Source: Octopus bimaculoides
Taxonomy: Eukaryota
Direction of reading: 5' to 3'
DNA: 44,321 nt
Assembly (NCBI RefSeq): GCF_001194135.2
Contig: NC_068993.1
Coordinates: forward strand, 48,691,015-48,735,335
The notes under the pieces are model-generated. The model saw only the letters and a list, made by a program, of their open reading frames with translations, ran no database searches and was not told where the DNA came from. Position 1 is the stretch's first letter; every line of letters starts with the position of its first letter. A program made the translations under genes and the position numbers. Positions 37,321-44,321 of the stretch are shown piece after piece.

Positions 37321-37369
37321 TTAATTGTTATATTCACTTAATTGTTATATTCACTTTACTTTATATGAG

Positions 37370-38165
37370 GTATTAACCGAATGCTAACATCAGTGGACAT
37401 TTGCAAGCAATTATCTGATGAAACTGACAGCAGCTTTGCACTACAAACTGTCAAAAACCGCCTAAAAGAATTTGGACTGATCGGCCGGATCGCTCGAAAG
37501 AAGCCAATAATTTCTGAGACGAACCGGCGGGAGCAGATCAAGTTTGTTAAAAGCTATATTGAATGAACGGCCGAAGACTGGTCAAAAGTTCTTTTGAGCG
37601 ACGAATTCCGCTTCTGTGTCTTTGGAACTGACGGAAAGAATTATGTTAGACGCCGTCCAACTGAAGAATTCCATCATAAGTGTGTCAAGAAAACAGGTCA
37701 AGTGGGAGGTGGCGGGGTAATGGTGTGGACCGCGTTCAGCAGCTTAGGTGTTGGTCCAATTGTTAAGGTTAATGGCCGACTGAATAGTGTAGGCTTTCTG
37801 AATTAGTAAATGAAAATGTGCTGCTATATTTCAATAATCAGATGCCACCGAGAAGGCAATACCAGCATGACAATTGCCCCGTTCATAAGGGGAGGAACGT
37901 TTTGCAATATTTTGAGCGCAATAATATGGTTGTTATTCAGTGGCTTCCGCAGAACCCGGATTTAAATCCGATAGACTATTAATGGAATCATGTTTCTAAA
38001 AGAGTTCAAGCTAAAAAAAAACCAACAAATCTGTCCCAATTATATAATTTTATTGAAGAAATATAGCAGAAAGTTCCAAGTGATTTTTGTGCTCATTTGT
38101 CGAACACTATGTCCCGCAGTTGTAAGGCCATAATTGAAAATAATGGCTATGGTACCAGGATACGA
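37370..38165 (+). pseudogene. Tc1-like transposase relic (5'-truncated)
   Basis: GRIARKKP..W(*)TAEDWSKVLLSDE..GGGGVMVW..QHDNCPVH..WLPQNPDLNPID..IIENNGYGTR. Triad codons at 37600, 37869 and 37974. Stops and a frameshift. Confidence 0.95.
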
Positions 38166-40298
38166 ATAAGAAATTTTTGTTCATTGATCATTTGTGCCGT
38201 AAATTTTCAATTTGAACAAAATAATATTCGTGCAGTCTTCAATGTCTTTTTGCCGACAATTTTTAACCACTTCAATTAATTGCGCATTAAAATCATTCAA
38301 ATGGTAGAAAGATGTGATCTATAATGCCTATATCATTCGAAAGAGAAAGCAAATTTTCATAAAGTGTAAAAAGTAAAATAATTTTATACAGTTTTTTTTT
38401 TAAATAAATTAATGAAAGAATAAAGCTGTCATCTTGGCCAGCTCTTTCCCTATTAGTCACCTTCTAAGTATCTCATATACCAATGCTCTCATAGTAGGAC
38501 GAATGAAATATGTGCGGATATTGTTGGTCTTTAGAAATGGATCTTCTACGTTGTCACTCGACTTACGAGTAAAATCAGCCAAATTCCTCGAATCATATCT
38601 ACCATCTCAAATGCTTGATATATGCAGTTCTTGATATAAAGAAAACGAGATGGTCTCGACTAAAATGCCTCTTAATTAAAGAGAACGTTTTATCAATAAT
38701 TTGATCCGTCGACAGAAACCTTCTTCTGCCTGGTCGATTGACAACAGGCTGTTATACGAAATTCTTTAGCTCTGAATATCTCCTTTTCCGGCTTACAAGT
38801 CGAACTTAGTAATGTAAACATTGAAATATCATCTCTATTTTCCCAACTCCTACAGAATTTCGTACAGAACTTTTGAGCTTCCAGCGACGTTTTTGGTGTA
38901 TAAGTCTATTTACCCTTTTTTATCGTAAATTTTAATCTGAAAAACTCTACTTGTATGCCAGAAAATACGTTAATTCATCTCAGATATAACTCGACGAACT
39001 CATCATCGATAGTCCACCTCAGAACTTCCTGAAAATTGCAGGAATTTTCCAGGGCACAACGACATTCAGTTTCTGACTGATGCAACTGCACTGGCGATTT
39101 GGCAGGAGTCTCAGGGCTAACATGACTCACACCAGTTCGCTGTCAATTTAGCAATTCAACTTGTTGGTGTGAATGTGCCAATCTCACGTCTTTGCAGCCT
39201 TTACCATCATCATTGCAGTCCACGATCCAACATCCATTCTGCTCCGCCATCCCACAACCTCGATTCATTGTTGCTTGACATAACGATAGAGCATGTACGT
39301 GCTCATTTGCCCTATTACTAATTACAGTCAAATAAAAAAAAAAGATATGCCTCAAATCGTACTTTACTGTCTCGGAAACGAAAGACATGATCAATAATGT
39401 AACCATGTTCGACCAATAAGATCGGATGGTCGCTATCGGGATACGCGTCATCATAAAAATCTGCCTGTTAAGGGCTGAGCTGGTTCCATATGATACCCAT
39501 AATGCTTACGTAACACGGAGATAAAGATTACGTAATATATAATCATAAGTTAAGTTACACAGAGATGAAAGCTATCACACACTCTTTACAGCATAGAATT
39601 AATCGTTTGCATAAAAAGTTATTACTCGTCTTTCTTTAAGTCACGAACTATATTATAACTTGGAATTCTTTTTAGACAAATATTTATTAAATAATACGTT
39701 TAATTCATATGCTTCACTGTGTTGCATATTTCTCCATTGAAAACTAATTGACTAATCTACACCTCCTGGGGATTTATTCTATAATTTTAATATAAGGTCT
39801 ACAATTTTTTTTCTCACCTAACTGTTTACGTTGAGGCAAGTGCAACACGACTCTTTATATGATTGAGAAAGAGGTTAAAAAAGGAAATCAGGTTTTCAAC
39901 AGGCGAACCAGTTTATCCTTGAGTCAGGCAAACTAGTAATATATATTATGGAACAGAGAAAATGAGCGAATGTAGAGGGACAGCTATCTATATACACCAG
40001 CACTCATACGCACACATATAAAAGTATACACACACACACACGCACATAAAAGTGTACGCGCGCACACAAAAACATATGCACATGCACAAACACACATTCA
40101 TAGCTATATATTATTGTTGATGTTGTTGCTATTGTCGTTACAGTTGAGCCTGGCATGTATTTTTAATGTACAGTAATCCTTCACCGTGATTTATTTTTTA
40201 AGCTTACGCCGATTCCTCCGTGGTGTTGTTTTGCATTCATAATAAAATAAATGTATACAAATTATAAAATTTTTTTTTTTTTAAATATATAGTAAATA

Positions 40299-40463
40299 GG
40301 CGCAGGAGTGGTGGTGTGGTAAGTAGTTTGCTTACCATCCACATGATTCCGGGTTCTGTCCCACTGCGTGGCACTTTGAGCAAGTGTCTTCTACTATAGC
40401 CTCGGCCCGACCAAAGCCTTCTGAGTGGATTTGGTAGACGGAAACTAAAAGAAGCCCGTCGTA

Positions 40464-40494
<31 letters not shown>

Positions 40495-40614
40495 GTGTGT
40501 GTTTGTGTGTCTGTCTTTGTCCCCCCAACATCTCTTGACAATCGATACTTAGCGGTTCGGCAAAAGAGCCCGATAGAATAAGTACTGGGCTTACAAAGAA
40601 TAAGTCCTGGGGTC
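40299..40614 (+). mobile_element. SINE family B, 3' tail missing
   Basis: Head, CORE-like block, (TA/TG)n insert and GCGGTTCGGCAAAAGAG block all present. Confidence 0.9.
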
Positions 40615-40754
40615 CACCTAACTTTATGATTCGGCGAAAGACTACGATAGAATGAGTCCTAGATGTAGAAAGAATAGGTACCGCTGTTGATTTGTTTGAC
40701 TGGATACTCTAGGCGATTCCTCATGACGGTTAATTCAGTCATTGCATTGCGGCC

Positions 40755-41050
40755 ATATACATACATACATACATACATAATACATACATTCATACATACA
40801 TACATTCATACATACATGCATTCATACATACATGCATTCATATATACATTCATACATACATGCATTCATACATACATTCATACATACATACATACATACT
40901 TACATCTATACATATATACATACATACTTACATACATACATGCATGCATACACACATACATACCTACATTCATGCATACATACATACATACATACATGCA
41001 TACATACATACATATATACATACATACGTACATACATACATACATACGGA
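40755..41050. repeat. (CATA)n field
   Basis: Directly visible. Confidence 0.95.
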
Positions 41051-41361
41051 TGGATGGACAAAGAGAGAGAGAGAAATGTTTTTCCTCCATGGAGTAGAAA
41101 ACAAATGTTTGACAATGTCTATAATCTTAGCATCAAAATTCTGAACAATGGGAAGGAGCCTATATATCGTCGTTCGACTTGTTAGAAACATCAGCAAAAT
41201 TACCCTCAGATCCCATCCTTCTTTATTAGATAAGAAGAAGATGAGATAATGTAATCATCGGTTCGTTTGCCTTGGAAAAAATAAGTACAATGTAACGATT
41301 CTAGTACCTTTGATCACATGTCTGCTTGATTGGAGCTGACATGGGCTAAAAAGCAACAACA

Positions 41362-41472
41362 CTTCGTTCTTTGAATTTCTTTGCAATTAATTTCTGACAA
41401 TTTTTTTACAAGATTGTTTCACAAGAGAGATAAAGATGGAACCAGACACAAAAAATTACAATGACTAATACA
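41362..41472 (+). repeat. Unclassified dispersed repeat, homologous to 36855-36965
   Basis: See partner copy; opposite orientation. Confidence 0.75.
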
Positions 41473-41634
41473 AATAGTTCAAACAGTGGAATAAATTCAT
41501 CTTATGCCTTGAAGCAGAAGAAAAATCTAATGTCATCCAACTGCTTGAACTCTTTGTAGTACGCTTTGTCATCTCAAGTCTCCTTTGAGCCTGTCCTGCA
41601 GTTTTACAATACAGTTACTAATCTAAATGATACA

Positions 41635-41700
41635 TGACTAAACACTGACTAAACTCTGACTAAACTCTGACTAAACTCTGACTAAACTCTGACTAAACTA
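41635..41700 (+). repeat. Minisatellite, 6 x 11 bp TGACTAAACTC
   Basis: Units start at 41635, 41646, 41657, 41668, 41679 and 41690. Confidence 0.95.
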
Positions 41701-42423
41701 GCACACACAGATACAAAGCACACACATTTACACATACACACGCAGGTAGTATAAGGATTGGTGTATGTCAAAAAAACGAGAAGTTAAAACTTGTAAATTT
41801 GTAATATAAATATTATTAAGCGTCATAAGTTCAATATAATACAGAAAGTAGAAACACGTCCACTGATAGTTCATGAACCGTTAAGACATAGAACAGTCAA
41901 GTCATAGTTACAAAGTTTATAGTACCTGGACAGAGACTGTTTGTAATTTTCGATTTTGAGCAGAATTACGATTAAAATCATGATTCCGTTATTGTGGGTG
42001 TGGAGTGCTATATTAACAAATGACGTCTGAGGGAGGATTAGCTACTATTTCACTATGTAATTTGCATCTGCGTTGTTGCTCACTGACGGAGCATAACTAT
42101 GCTTAGAGACATTCTAACATGGCTATCCTATCGTTTAAGAATTTTGGGGACTATTATACCCGATGTGTCCTTTCCTAATTTCAAACGGTAAAGTGTGAAT
42201 TAAAGGAGATTTCGCGGCTTCATTTAGTTGTACTATTTAACAATCCAACGACAATTGTGGCATAAGGTTGAGCACGACTTGACTGTTATATTTAACAAAC
42301 CAATCAACCACATGTAGGCTTCCTTGTAGATTCGTATATTGCTTGTGTTTAGAGAGTATGTGTGTGTACGTGCGTGCGTGTTACACTACGTATTACAACT
42401 ATCTCTCCCTTACTCTCTCTCTC

Positions 42424-42487
<64 letters not shown>

Positions 42488-42649
42488 TTTGTCTTTCTCT
42501 ATATATACACACACGCACTCCCACGCACACACTGTCCGCACACACACATCTGTGCCTATATATGTGTACTTGAATGCGTACTTATGAACGTGTTTGTCAA
42601 AACTTGTATAGATGTCTATATATAAAGTTATACATATTTGGATGCATTG

Positions 42650-42746
42650 CAAATAAGACCCCAAGTCTTATTTTGTCGGTCACTTTTGCTTTGTAACGGG
42701 AACGTAAACCAGCATCGAGACAAACACACACAAACATATACACACG

Positions 42747-42796
<50 letters not shown>

Positions 42797-42956
42797 ACGG
42801 GCTTCTTTCAGTTTCCATGTACCAAATCCACTCACAAGGCTTTGGTCGGCCCGAGGCTATAGTAGAAGACACTTGCCCAAGGTGATACGCAGTGGGACTG
42901 AAACCGGAACCATGTGGTTGGTAAGCAAGCTACTTAACACACCGCAACTCTCGCGC
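42650..42956 (-). mobile_element. SINE family B
   Basis: Reverse complement aligns closely (by eye >80%) with 40299-40465. Confidence 0.9.
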
Positions 42957-43334
42957 ATACATACATCTATAATATGTATGCGTGTGCATGTTGGTATACA
43001 CGAAAGTGTATGTATGTACAAGTGTCTGTGTCTGTGTCTGTGTATGTGTATGTGTGTGCTTACCACAGTAAATGTTTCACACAATTCGCTGACCTCTCAC
43101 TTCTATCACACGGAAAGTTAGCGTGATTTCATCGCCATTTTGAATATTTGCGTGTCTCTTAAAAAACGATGTCCAGGTGGTGTTGGTGTTGATGATACGA
43201 GTGATGATACGATGATGGCATGGAGACTGATGGGGGGTGGGGGTGGCGTTGGTGTTGAGTTCCATGTTGACAGTGCAATTTTGTCTGTGTTGGACCGGTG
43301 TGAATGTCTTGGTTGACGTGTGTATGTGTGTTGT

Positions 43335-43388
<54 letters not shown>

Positions 43389-44321
43389 NNNNNNNNNNGG
43401 TTGATAAGATGACGATGTTAGTGCTGCAATGCTTTATGAGACAGTTAACATGACGATTAGGTGGGGGGCTTTATAGGGATGATGTTGATGTCTGCAGAGG
43501 TGATTATGAGGTGATAGGTTTTATTATTATGTTTTTTTTCTGTTTATATATTAAAGATTATATGATGTCTAAATTTGCTACTTTGGTTATGGATGTTCTG
43601 TATTTAGTGACAAGTGTTTTGATTTTTCGTACCTTCATTATATTTTATTGAACGGCTGTAGACTTGAGAATGAGTTAATAGCCATGCTTTTTTAATATTT
43701 CTCATGTTTCTTCGTGATGTTGGGTTTCATCACGTATATTTTTCTATCTTGTTATTGTCGTTATTGTTACAGCTTTATTCACAGATCAGTTCTCATCCAG
43801 CATGGACCTGTAAGATCGAAAGCGTTCCATCCACAACCATTTAATTTTTCATTCTGTTACAATATGCCAGGATTACAGGGTGACTTGGATGCTAGTTCTA
43901 GCTGCTTGGCTGACCGCAAAGATAGTCAAACAATGACTAGTTCCAGTATTTCTTTTTTATCGTTTTAGATCGTTTTTGAAGTTATTGCTTCTCTCTTATA
44001 GCTTTTCCGTTTTCAAAGAAAATATTTCTCCCAGCGTTCACTATTTTGCTCTGGTTCTGGTCGAACGACCCTCCACGTTTGTTTCCGTTCAGTTTCCTTG
44101 CATGTCTCCATTGTCCTGTTTTTGTTCCCAACTTTGACCCTCCATAAATCCTAAATTTTATTTTAGAATTTATGGGAACAACTGTCTTTGAGGACTCTTA
44201 TTGTAGTTCAATGCTCGAAATGAGGAGTAGATAGACAGCCGAAAACTAATGAAGGGTCCTTTCTCTGTGTTATATCCTGATAACCTGGAATAATTATTAT
44301 TCCTTAAGTTTTTAAAATATA

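Noticed and set aside
39143-39454. piggyBac-like IRSYWS motif in a 103-aa ORF
   Set aside because: No following MSRxRF or DDD motifs, and no TTAA-bounded TIRs identified.

Overview
Eukaryotic, gene-poor, repeat-saturated draft-assembly DNA. About 6 kb (~14%) is N gaps, most of them bounded by microsatellites. Extreme tri-/di-/tetranucleotide repeat density and tRNA-headed SINEs point to a coleoid cephalopod, probably Octopus (inference). No intact protein-coding gene, RNA gene or CRISPR array is supported; the long ORFs in the track are microsatellite or gap artefacts. Recognisable content: decayed transposases (two mariner, one Tc1, one pogo/Tigger-like), 3' fragments of four non-LTR clades (CR1-like, HERO-like, L1/Tx1-like, R4/Dong-like), three tRNA-SINE families and several unclassified repeats. 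Best leads: (1) a minimal type I hammerhead ribozyme motif with a 14-nt palindromic stem III at 33597-33649 (-); (2) a SINE tail matching the 3' end of the Tx1-like LINE in the same window; (3) repeated association of unrelated retroelements with (TAA)n, including a Dong-like element; (4) an array with mostly 21/28-bp spacing carrying overlapping STAT- and kappaB-like motifs at 5047-5277; (5) modular, tail-swapped SINEs. I found no strong evidence for a novel multi-gene system. Family names come from motif recognition, not database searches.
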